The position numbers and the translations under genes were made by a program. This document shows, one piece after another, positions 1 through 6,888 of a DNA stretch of 10,846 nucleotides (positions within the stretch are counted from its first letter, which is position 1; every line of letters begins with the position of its first letter). Under the pieces are notes generated by a model, which saw only the letters and a program-made list of their open reading frames with translations, had not been told where the DNA came from and did no database searches. The stretch is from an uncultured Thermoplasmata archaeon (lineage in GTDB: Archaea > Thermoplasmatota > Thermoplasmata > Halarchaeoplasmatales > Halarchaeoplasmataceae). Location of the stretch: the NCBI GenBank assembly GCA_964399335.1, contig CAYNQI010000031.1, forward strand, positions 1 through 10,846, given 5' to 3'.

Positions 1-41
1 TTCATCCATCCGATAATCCATAGAAAATAGAACTTTTATAA

Positions 42-752
42 TCACACTCTACCTTCCTCACAGATCGGGATCTCACCCTTATAATACAGCACTCCATCCA
101 CATACTCCACCTGTACTGCATGGAATTCTACACCCGAGTCGATGGCCTCGTAAAATGTGGAACTGAAATCGGGATCCCTCTCTTTATAAGGTAAAAAACA
201 CTTGGCATCGGGTCTGAATATCAAAAATATCACCGCAGCATCATCCTCTACCTTGATCAACTCCTCTAAGTGCCTTTTACCTCTGGTCGTAGGAGCGTCA
301 GGGAACAGTGCCACACCGTCTTTAGCTAGAGTACATCCCTTGACCTCGACCCAAACTCTACTACCGTTCCGGTCTACTAAAAAATCGATGCGACTTTCCC
401 CGAGCTTCTGCTCCGCCTTGAAGGAATCCATACCCTTTATCGGGTTCATCTCATCGTCTTCAAAGATCTTCTCCACTATCATCCTGTGATATCCAGAATT
501 AACTAAGATCCAATCATCACCGACTTTTCCTGCCACTAGATCGTAATCCGTCTTTCTATCCTTTTTATCCACTTTTTTAAGGAGTACTTCGTTACCTTCG
601 TAAAGAACCTCCTTGAGCCTGCCTGGGTCTCTGACGTGAACTAGTTTTACTTCCTCGGATCTCTCGATCTCAACCTTACCTAAAAATCGATTCTCACGAG
701 ATAAGAATCTAGCCTCGGTATCGTAAGGGATCTCGATTATTTCCTTCTTCAT
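42..752 (-). CDS. sfsA: SfsA family DNA/RNA nuclease (sugar fermentation stimulation protein; OB-fold plus PD-(D/E)XK domain)
   Basis: 236 aa with SfsA hallmarks RENRF, HVRDPGRLKEVL, SRIDF, VEVKGCTL and FPDAPTTRGKRHLEEL. Starts 9 nt after the stop of the upstream prenyltransferase. Confidence 0.93.
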   Translation of the reverse strand: MKKEIIEIPYDTEARFLSRENRFLGKVEIERSEEVKLVHVRDPGRLKEVLYEGNEVLLKKVDKKDRKTDYDLVAGKVGDDWILVNSGYHRMIVEKIFEDDEMNPIKGMDSFKAEQKLGESRIDFLVDRNGSRVWVEVKGCTLAKDGVALFPDAPTTRGKRHLEELIKVEDDAAVIFLIFRPDAKCFLPYKERDPDFSSTFYEAIDSGVEFHAVQVEYVDGVLYYKGEIPICEEGRV

Positions 753-761
753 AGTCAGACC

Positions 762-1613
762 TTAAAGGATGTTCATATATATTAATGCAAGGAAAAGTAA
801 ACCTCCTAGACTCGTATTTATGTAGGGCAACGTCCAGTAGATCTTTTCGATCTTCAACCTACTGAACAGCAACAGGGAAAACGGGACCAACGGATAGATC
901 AGAACCAGTAAACTCATGGGATGAAAGTCAACTAAATACAACACGATGATAACCAATACACTCCAAAATACAGTACATAGTACAAGAGAAATTTTCTTTC
1001 CTAAGACTGTAGCCGTGGTACTGATACCGGCATCTCTATCGTACTTTATATCCGGTACCGCTGAAAATACATGCATAGCAGATATATGAGCAAAACCAGC
1101 TATCACAAATAACAGTGGTGGTAAAGAATCAGCCACCAACACATACCCGAATATTCCGGGCATTATGTACAACATATTTGAAGAGAAGTCGAGTATGGGT
1201 ATACCTTTGAACCGTAGAGGTTTTGCGCTGTAGAAATAGGATAGAAATAGAAATCCAAAGAAAACAAAACGTTGTATCCAATTCTCCTGGAATATCATCA
1301 AAACCAAACTGATCGCAGTTGTAAAGTACAAAATAATTTTAAGATCTTGAATATTCTCTTTAGCTAATTTAGTCTCTTTTTCTTCCTTCTTCGGATTGTT
1401 TTTATCAGTTGACATGTCGAACAGGTCGTTCACACCGTAGATGAAGATGTTCGCAAGTATGAAGAAATAGAATAGATAGATGTAATACTGTAACTCATAA
1501 AAATCACTGATATTCCTTGCTCCAAGAGTATAACCGATAACAAAAGTACCGCCAGTATAGATCCAAAAGCGAAATCTAGATGTTTTAAAAGCGTACCTTA
1601 CTTTCTCAAACAT
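762..1613 (-). CDS. lyeJ: UbiA-superfamily membrane prenyltransferase, lycopene elongase type (LyeJ/CrtEb-like)
   Basis: 283 aa, multiple hydrophobic helices. Asp-rich motif YGVNDLFDMSTDKNNPKK, plus YSAKPLRFKGIPILDFSSNMLY and AMHVFSAVPDIKYDRDAGISTTATVLG, closely resemble haloarchaeal LyeJ as I recall it. Adjacent to crtB and crtI. GGAGATGGTGA RBS upstream. Confidence 0.8.
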   Translation of the reverse strand: MFEKVRYAFKTSRFRFWIYTGGTFVIGYTLGARNISDFYELQYYIYLFYFFILANIFIYGVNDLFDMSTDKNNPKKEEKETKLAKENIQDLKIILYFTTAISLVLMIFQENWIQRFVFFGFLFLSYFYSAKPLRFKGIPILDFSSNMLYIMPGIFGYVLVADSLPPLLFVIAGFAHISAMHVFSAVPDIKYDRDAGISTTATVLGKKISLVLCTVFWSVLVIIVLYLVDFHPMSLLVLIYPLVPFSLLLFSRLKIEKIYWTLPYINTSLGGLLFLALIYMNIL

Positions 1614-1626
1614 TCACCATCTCCCT

Positions 1627-2475
1627 TCAATTTCCATGTTTTTTCGGTTGAAATATATTTATCATCCCTTTAGCGATGATCCGACTTTTAGAGGGCTTCA
1701 ATTTTTTATCGTAAACCAGGTAAGGTTCTTTTCTGATCCCCTTAGTGGTCCATTTGTACATATCTGAAGATGTCTTTATAGGTATAAGATACCTCTTGGG
1801 TATGTATCTAAACCCATCTTCAGCGACCTCCTGCCATCTGTCGTATCTTCTCACCTGTTTTTCCATGAATGTTGAAAAACCATTATTCTTTAATGATGTT
1901 TCTGAGTGCTCCAAAGACCTCAAGCCGAATTCCTCAAGGTCCGAGGCAGGGAAGTAATGTCTACCTAATGTCATATCCTCTTCGATATCCCTTATAAAAT
2001 TGGCGTACTGCATGGCCCTACCGAGATATCTAGCAGGCATGTAAGATTCTTCTGGCAAATCCAATATCTTGGCCATCATCAAACCTATGACTTCAGCTGA
2101 ACCGTAGAGGTACTGCTTGAGTTCGTCGATGTTCTCGTATCTACTCTTGGTGATATCCAATTCCATGGAATGGAAGAATGCCTGGATCCAGTCGGTATCG
2201 AAACCTTTACGATCCTGAAGTTCTATAAAAGAGTCGATGACTTTATTTTTAGATCTTTTACCAGATAAAGCTTTTTCATACTTGTTCTTAAAATCGTAGA
2301 AACCATCAACATCTTGTGGGATAAAATCTACGAAATCATCTGCCTTTCGAACGAAACTGTACAAGATAGATACGTCTTTCCTAACGTCCTTTGGGAAGAA
2401 TAGACTACTGTAATAGTAGGTCTTGCTGCCTCTCTTGAATATATTTTTAGATAAACTATGTTTCAATATCTTCAT
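1627..2475 (-). CDS. crtB: Phytoene synthase (squalene/phytoene synthase family)
   Basis: 282 aa. GSKTYYYSSLFFP N-terminus, first Asp-rich motif RKADDFVD, second motif LGRAMQYANFIRDIEED, then GRHYFP. GGAGG RBS. Overlaps the desaturase stop by 20 nt. Confidence 0.9.
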   Translation of the reverse strand: MKILKHSLSKNIFKRGSKTYYYSSLFFPKDVRKDVSILYSFVRKADDFVDFIPQDVDGFYDFKNKYEKALSGKRSKNKVIDSFIELQDRKGFDTDWIQAFFHSMELDITKSRYENIDELKQYLYGSAEVIGLMMAKILDLPEESYMPARYLGRAMQYANFIRDIEEDMTLGRHYFPASDLEEFGLRSLEHSETSLKNNGFSTFMEKQVRRYDRWQEVAEDGFRYIPKRYLIPIKTSSDMYKWTTKGIRKEPYLVYDKKLKPSKSRIIAKGMINIFQPKKHGN

Positions 2476-3958
2476 ACTTCAACCCTCCGTCAAATTTCTC
2501 ATCGACCTTGTCGGCAACGATCTGAGATGAGATCAACGTCATGGGAACTCCGATCCCAGGATGGGTGTACTGCCCAGTATAATACAGGTTATCGACTTTC
2601 TTACTGTGATGTCTAGGTCGCCACATTGCGGTCTGCTTCAATGTATGGACCAAGCTCAAAGCAGTTCCTTTGTAGGCATTGTAATCGTTTCTAAAATCAT
2701 CGACTGCGAATATCCTTTTAGTGATAACATGATCCCGAATATTTTCCCCGACTTTCTTCTCAAGATCTGACATTATCTGGTTATAGAATCTCTCTCTATC
2801 TTCTTCAGTGTCCTCTAAACCAGGTGCTAAGGGGACCAATATGAACAGAGTTTCACAGCCCTCTGGAGCTAAACCAGGATCTGTTTTGGATGGTACATTA
2901 ACATAATATGACGGGGTCTTTGGCCATTGGGGTTCCTCGGACTCAAATATCTCATCGAAATTTTTTGCCCAATCTCGATCCAAATACATGGTATGATGTA
3001 GTAACTCATCGATCTGCTTGTCGATACCTACATATGCTACAAATGCTGAGGGAGCGAACTGTTTCTTATCCCAATATCCCTGATCGTAGGTCCGATATTT
3101 CTTTTCTAACAGATTTAATTCAGTATACGGATAATCACCGTTGACTATCACGATATCTGTAGGGTAATTACCCTTATTTGTTTTCAAAGCATCAGCCTTG
3201 CCATCGTCAACGAATATCTTCTCAACTTCGTGATTCAGCTTGAATTCAGCACCATTATCCTCAGCTATATCCTGGATACTGTCAGCGACTATCCTTATCC
3301 CACCTATCGGGAACCAAACACCTTTGATAAAATCTACATAGGACATAAGTTGGTATATAGCAGGTGTTATCTTTGGTGATCCTCCCAAGAAACCTATCGA
3401 GTACTCCAGTATCTTCCTAGCTTCGTCACTTTCAAAATGATCTGTGACCAGCTTATCTAAATTCTTAAAGATATCCAACTTACTCCCGCTTCTTAACAGT
3501 TTCAAATTGAAGAAGTCAGATATGGAACTGAAGTCTTTGAATATCAACCCATCCATGGATGTATTGTATTTCCTTTCAGCCTCCTTTAGATAACTCTCTA
3601 ATTTTTCTCCACCGTTCTCTTCCAATCCATCGAACAGTTCGTAATTATCTTCAACATTAGCTCTGATATCTAAGACTTTATCCATTCCGAAGTGGATCCT
3701 ATAAGATGGGTCGAGTCTCTTCAGCTCGAACTGATCTTCCGGTTTAGTATCCAATTTTTTATAAAAGTCCTCAAATACGTCAGGCATGAGATACCAAGAA
3801 GGTCCCATATCGAATTGGAATCCTTTATCTCTGTGTACCCGTGCTCGCCCGCCTATCTGATCATTCTTTTCAAAGACAGTAACGTCATACCCTTTTTTGG
3901 CCATGAGTGCGGCGGCAGACAAACCACCGAATCCAGCACCTATTATACTTACTTCCAT
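2456..3958 (-). CDS. crtI: Phytoene desaturase / carotenoid 3,4-desaturase family FAD oxidoreductase (CrtI/CrtD)
   Basis: FAD-binding IIGAGFGGL...EKNDQIGGR, GFQFDMGPSWYLMPDVF, FLGGSP..TPA.Y.LMS.VDF and C-terminal NLYYTGQYTHPGIGVPMTLIS. The start is more likely ATG at 3958, with a GGTGA RBS just upstream, than the track's GTG at 3967. CrtI versus CrtD specificity is unresolved. Confidence 0.88.
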   Translation of the reverse strand: MEVSIIGAGFGGLSAAALMAKKGYDVTVFEKNDQIGGRARVHRDKGFQFDMGPSWYLMPDVFEDFYKKLDTKPEDQFELKRLDPSYRIHFGMDKVLDIRANVEDNYELFDGLEENGGEKLESYLKEAERKYNTSMDGLIFKDFSSISDFFNLKLLRSGSKLDIFKNLDKLVTDHFESDEARKILEYSIGFLGGSPKITPAIYQLMSYVDFIKGVWFPIGGIRIVADSIQDIAEDNGAEFKLNHEVEKIFVDDGKADALKTNKGNYPTDIVIVNGDYPYTELNLLEKKYRTYDQGYWDKKQFAPSAFVAYVGIDKQIDELLHHTMYLDRDWAKNFDEIFESEEPQWPKTPSYYVNVPSKTDPGLAPEGCETLFILVPLAPGLEDTEEDRERFYNQIMSDLEKKVGENIRDHVITKRIFAVDDFRNDYNAYKGTALSLVHTLKQTAMWRPRHHSKKVDNLYYTGQYTHPGIGVPMTLISSQIVADKVDEKFDGGLKYEDIET

Positions 3959-3994
3959 ATAGTTCACCCTTTTCTTTATAATTCCATTCTTTCT

Positions 3995-4010
3995 ATTTAT
4001 AACTTATATT
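3995..4010 (-). promoter_or_regulatory. Candidate BRE/TATA promoter for the crt operon
   Basis: The minus strand reads AATATAAG-TTATAAAT, about 37 nt upstream of the 3958 ATG, a spacing that would leave the GGTGA RBS in the transcript. The region is AT-rich, so a chance match is possible. Confidence 0.4.
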
Positions 4011-4454
4011 TTATATCTGTCCCTCACTTTTTTTCTCTAGCAGTATAGCAGGTTTGATATCTTTCAAACCCTCTATAGAGCCCATCTTTTCACCGATGAT
4101 TTCCGATAATTCTTCACCATCTTTAGTCCATACTTCTGTCATCAACATATGGTCTCCGGTTGATTTTGCCACCCATCGAACACCGTCGATCTTCCTGAGC
4201 TCTTCGACAGCTGTCAACATATCTTGTGGTTCAACATCTAAACCGATTATAGTTACCATATTGTATCCAAGGCTATTTGGGTCTATATCTAATGTGAATT
4301 TATTGATCACTCCCTGTTCTTCTAAAGAACGAACTCTATTTCTAACCGTAGCCTCACTTACATTTAATTCATCAGCAATCTCAGTGAAGGGTTTTCTAGA
4401 GTTTTTCTCAAGGATTTTGAGTATGTTCTTATCAGTTTCGTCAATGTTAACCAT
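4011..4454 (-). CDS. lrpA: Lrp/AsnC family transcriptional regulator, LrpA/Ptr2 subfamily
   Basis: 147 aa. HTH region IDETDKNILKILEKNSRKPFTEIADELNVSEATVRNRVRSLEEQGVI. The RAM domain has STGDHMLMTEVWTKDGEEL and PAILLEK, matching Pyrococcus LrpA and Methanocaldococcus Ptr2 as I recall them. Confidence 0.88.
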   Translation of the reverse strand: MVNIDETDKNILKILEKNSRKPFTEIADELNVSEATVRNRVRSLEEQGVINKFTLDIDPNSLGYNMVTIIGLDVEPQDMLTAVEELRKIDGVRWVAKSTGDHMLMTEVWTKDGEELSEIIGEKMGSIEGLKDIKPAILLEKKSEGQI

Positions 4455-4479
4455 GTTAATCGTATAATACTTGCGCTTC

Positions 4480-4496
4480 TAATTAAACTTTTTGCG
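4480..4496 (-). promoter_or_regulatory. Candidate BRE/TATA promoter of the lrp gene (near-leaderless transcript)
   Basis: The minus strand reads CGCAAAAAG-TTTAATTA. The TATA lies about 26-33 nt from the ATG at 4454, and there is no RBS, which fits a leaderless archaeal mRNA. Confidence 0.55.
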
Positions 4497-4506
4497 AATA
4501 TCGAAC
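4492..4506. promoter_or_regulatory. Ptr2/LrpA-like palindromic operator candidate
   Basis: TTG-CGA-ATA-TCG-AAC. The core CGA-WWW-TCG matches the core of the Ptr2 consensus GGACGATTTTCGTCC (recalled), but the flanks differ. Confidence 0.45.
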
Positions 4507-4520
4507 AAAAGATTAATATA
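4506..4520 (+). promoter_or_regulatory. Candidate BRE/TATA promoter 1 for the oxidative-stress cluster
   Basis: CAAAAGA-TTAATATA, immediately downstream of the palindrome. Confidence 0.4.
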
Positions 4521-4549
4521 ACTCGTATTTATTACCTTGTTATGCATAT

Positions 4550-4564
4550 GAAAAACTATAAAAT
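4550..4564 (+). promoter_or_regulatory. Candidate BRE/TATA promoter 2 for the oxidative-stress cluster
   Basis: GAAAAAC-TATAAAAT. The predicted start site near 4585 would just include the AGGAGG RBS at 4588-4593. Confidence 0.45.
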
Positions 4565-4603
4565 ATTGAAATCAGGTATAAAGATAAAGGAGGCATGAAG
4601 ATT

Positions 4604-5104
4604 ATGGAAATAGATGATATGAGCTTCGACGAACTGTTGATTATAGCAGCAAAATCGGAGGTCAATGCGAGAGAGGTTTACGAATATTTGGCTAATCGAA
4701 GTGATAATTTCGTAGTGACGGATCGGTTCGAGTTTTTGGCTAGTGAAGAGCAGAAACATGAAGATTTCATCAGAGATCTTTACAAGAAAAGAAACAGTGG
4801 GAAGGATTTAGAAGTAAAAAAAGACACTCCCGTTCCGATACCATTCATAAAATATGATGATCATACCGACGAATCAGAGATCATAAGTCAGGCTATGGAA
4901 GCCGAGATAGCTTCGAGGGATTTCTACCAGGATATGGCCGATAAGGCACAGAGTGTCGAAGGTTCAGGCGATCCGGAAAAACTACTCAGATACTTATCCG
5001 GGATGGAGCAGAACCACTATGAAATTTTAAAATCTGAAAGGGAAAGGATGCTGGAATTCGAAGAATTCGACGAGTACCATCCTGCGATGCACATGGGACC
5101 TTGA
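4604..5104 (+). CDS. Ferritin-like / rubrerythrin-related diiron protein without rubredoxin domain (erythrin-like), paralog 1
   Basis: Four-helix diiron pattern KSE...EEQKH...EAE...MEQNH, no Cys, and a C-terminal tail EFEEFDEYHPAMHMGP. The AGGAGG RBS is 10 nt from ATG 4604 but only 1 nt from the track's ATG 4595, so 4604 is preferred. Confidence 0.8.
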   Translation: MEIDDMSFDELLIIAAKSEVNAREVYEYLANRSDNFVVTDRFEFLASEEQKHEDFIRDLYKKRNSGKDLEVKKDTPVPIPFIKYDDHTDESEIISQAMEAEIASRDFYQDMADKAQSVEGSGDPEKLLRYLSGMEQNHYEILKSERERMLEFEEFDEYHPAMHMGP

Positions 5105-5119
5105 AAGGAGATGATAAAG

Positions 5120-5281
5120 ATGGCAAAATGGGAATGTATAGTTTGTGGATATATTTACGATGAAGAAAAAGGCGACAAAATGAGCGACATAGAACCCGGT
5201 ACAAAGTTCGAGGATCTACCCGATGACTGGGTATGCCCTGTCTGTGGAGCGCCAAAGGACCAATTTGAGAAGATTGAATAA
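5120..5281 (+). CDS. rub: Rubredoxin (53 aa), not in the ORF track
   Basis: Hand translation: [53 protein letters not shown], with CxxCGY and WVCPxCG motifs. AGGAG RBS at 5106-5110. Confidence 0.96.
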   Translation: MAKWECIVCGYIYDEEKGDKMSDIEPGTKFEDLPDDWVCPVCGAPKDQFEKIE

Positions 5282-5324
5282 TTATTTATAGAGATACAGG
5301 TTATATACAAAATTGGTGAGATAT

Positions 5325-5795
5325 ATGAGCAAGGAAGAAGTAATAAAAGAGGGTGCACTCTCAAAGGATTTTACTTTAGAAGATCAAAAAGGAGATGAAT
5401 TCACTCTATCAGATTTAAAAGGAATGAAAGTCCTGCTCTCGTTCCATCCTTTAGCAGGGACCAGTGTCTGTGCAGAGCAGATGAAGTCACTGGAAGAGAA
5501 CAGGGAGAAGTTCGAAGAATTGAACACAGTTCCAGTGGGGATAAGCGTTGACTCCGTTCCAGCTAAGAAACTATGGGCTGAAGATATAGGTGTTGAAGAA
5601 ACAAGATTACTATCTGACTTCTGGCCCCATGGAAAAGTTATCAAGATGTACGGACTCTTCAGAGAGGAGGACGGATTTTCAGAAAGAGCTAACATACTTA
5701 TCGATGAGGATCAAAAGGTGATCTTCTCCAAGGTTTACCCGATAGGAGAAGTCCCTGATCTAGATGAAATATTTACTAAAATAGAAGAGAGGTGA
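5325..5795 (+). CDS. 1-Cys peroxiredoxin (AhpE/BCP-like thioredoxin-fold peroxidase)
   Basis: DFTLEDQKG, active site FHPLAGTSVC (PxxxT/SxxC), GISVDS, LLSDFWPHG and SERANILID. It has a single Cys. The GGTGA RBS at 5315-5319 favours ATG 5325 over the track's TTG 5313. Confidence 0.85.
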   Translation: MSKEEVIKEGALSKDFTLEDQKGDEFTLSDLKGMKVLLSFHPLAGTSVCAEQMKSLEENREKFEELNTVPVGISVDSVPAKKLWAEDIGVEETRLLSDFWPHGKVIKMYGLFREEDGFSERANILIDEDQKVIFSKVYPIGEVPDLDEIFTKIEER

Positions 5796-5800
5796 TATAT

Positions 5801-6181
5801 GTGACAAAAATAGAGGAATTGTACCAATCGGATGATTGGAAGACCGAGAAGCACGTGCCGGTGTTAGAGATCAAAGAGAAAGACGAGGGTTATCTTGTGA
5901 AGGCGTCAGTAGGTAAAGAGATAGCACATCCAAATACCACTGAACACCACATACGGTGGATAGAACTGTACTTCCATCCAGAAGGTGGAAAGTTCCCTTA
6001 TCAGTTAGGGAAATTCGAGTTCACTTCACACGGAGAATCTACAGAAGGGCCTGATACGAGTACGGTTTATACCGAACCGAAGGTCAAAGCGTTTTTTAAA
6101 ACTGAAAAACCCGGTACGATAGTGGCTAATTCATACTGTAACATTCACGGTCTTTGGACCAATGAAGAAGATATAAAATAG
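5801..6181 (+). CDS. sor: Superoxide reductase, 1Fe neelaredoxin type (class II)
   Basis: Ligand motifs EKHVP, HPNTTEHHI and YCNIHG, no N-terminal desulforedoxin domain, and the class II insertion loop. The GAGGTGA RBS favours GTG 5801. Confidence 0.92.
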   Translation: MTKIEELYQSDDWKTEKHVPVLEIKEKDEGYLVKASVGKEIAHPNTTEHHIRWIELYFHPEGGKFPYQLGKFEFTSHGESTEGPDTSTVYTEPKVKAFFKTEKPGTIVANSYCNIHGLWTNEEDIK

Positions 6182-6190
6182 GTGTATTAA

Positions 6191-6853
6191 ATGGAAGAGA
6201 AAAAAGGCATGCCATTGATAGGAGATAAGTTCCCAGAGATGACAGTCAGTACCACACACGGAGAGATAAAACTACCAGATAAGTTCAAAGGACAGTGGTT
6301 CATCCTGTTCTCACACCCAGCGGATTTCACGCCGGTGTGCACGACGGAGTTCTACGCCTTCCAGAAAAGATACGATCAGTTCAGAGAACTCGACACAGAA
6401 CTCATAGGTCTTAGTATAGACCAGGTATTCAGCCATCTGAAATGGGAAGAATGGATCGAAGAGAAGATGGGTGAGAAGATCGAATTCCCGATAATTGCCG
6501 ATGGAAGAGGTAAAGTTGCTGAGCAGTTGGGTCTCATTCATGGTGGAGAAGGTACCACTACTGTAAGAGCTGTTTTCATGGTGGATCCAAAATCGACTAT
6601 ACGTGCTATACTGTACTACCCAGCAGAACTCGGTAGGAACATGGACGAATTCATCAGGATGATCAAGGGATTCCAGAAAGCAGATAAAGAGGGCGTGGCC
6701 ATACCTGCAAACTGGCCAAACAACGAACTAGTGAAAGATAGAGTGATCATACCACCGGCGAACAGTGTCGAAGCAATCAAAGACAGGAAGAAGAGAGAGA
6801 AGGACGGAGAGATCGAGTGCTACGACTGGTGGCTGTGTCACAGGGAACCGTAA
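6191..6853 (+). CDS. Archaeal/Thermotoga-type peroxiredoxin (Prx6-like, peroxidatic Cys plus C-terminal Cys pair)
   Basis: [31 protein letters not shown] and C-terminal ECYDWWLC. Confidence 0.92.
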   Translation: MEEKKGMPLIGDKFPEMTVSTTHGEIKLPDKFKGQWFILFSHPADFTPVCTTEFYAFQKRYDQFRELDTELIGLSIDQVFSHLKWEEWIEEKMGEKIEFPIIADGRGKVAEQLGLIHGGEGTTTVRAVFMVDPKSTIRAILYYPAELGRNMDEFIRMIKGFQKADKEGVAIPANWPNNELVKDRVIIPPANSVEAIKDRKKREKDGEIECYDWWLCHREP

Positions 6854-6878
6854 AACCCCTTTCTTTTTAATTATTTAA
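6852..6878 (+). terminator. Candidate U-rich terminator or 3'-end element after the peroxiredoxin gene
   Basis: AAAACCCCTTTCTTTTTAATTATTTAA. The pyrimidine/T run follows the stop directly, and a near copy lies at 8321-8356. Confidence 0.4.
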
Positions 6879-6888
6879 GGTAGATATC

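Noticed and set aside
1-41. Possible start of another minus-strand gene (ATG at 21 or 9, MDYRMDE) with a TTATAAAA box at 34-41
   Set aside because: Only 3-7 codons are visible. It is plausible but cannot be supported as a feature.
762-1613. Alternative call as DGGGP synthase or a quinone prenyltransferase
   Set aside because: The SAVPD...DAGISTTATVLG and YSAxPLRFK motifs and the crtB/crtI context fit lycopene elongase better. A tree is still needed.
202-4467. Plus-strand ORFs 202-489, 1745-1957, 2561-2770, 2908-3144, 3692-4048 and 4054-4467
   Set aside because: They are antisense to well-supported genes and have Ser/Ile/Phe-rich shadow composition.
4541-4548. TATGCATA palindrome in the divergent intergenic region
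   Set aside because: An 8-bp AT-rich palindrome is expected by chance, and I found no second copy in the other intergenic regions.
5325-6853. Selenocysteine or stop-codon readthrough in the peroxiredoxins
   Set aside because: The active-site residues are ordinary TGT/TGC Cys codons, and there is no in-frame TGA.
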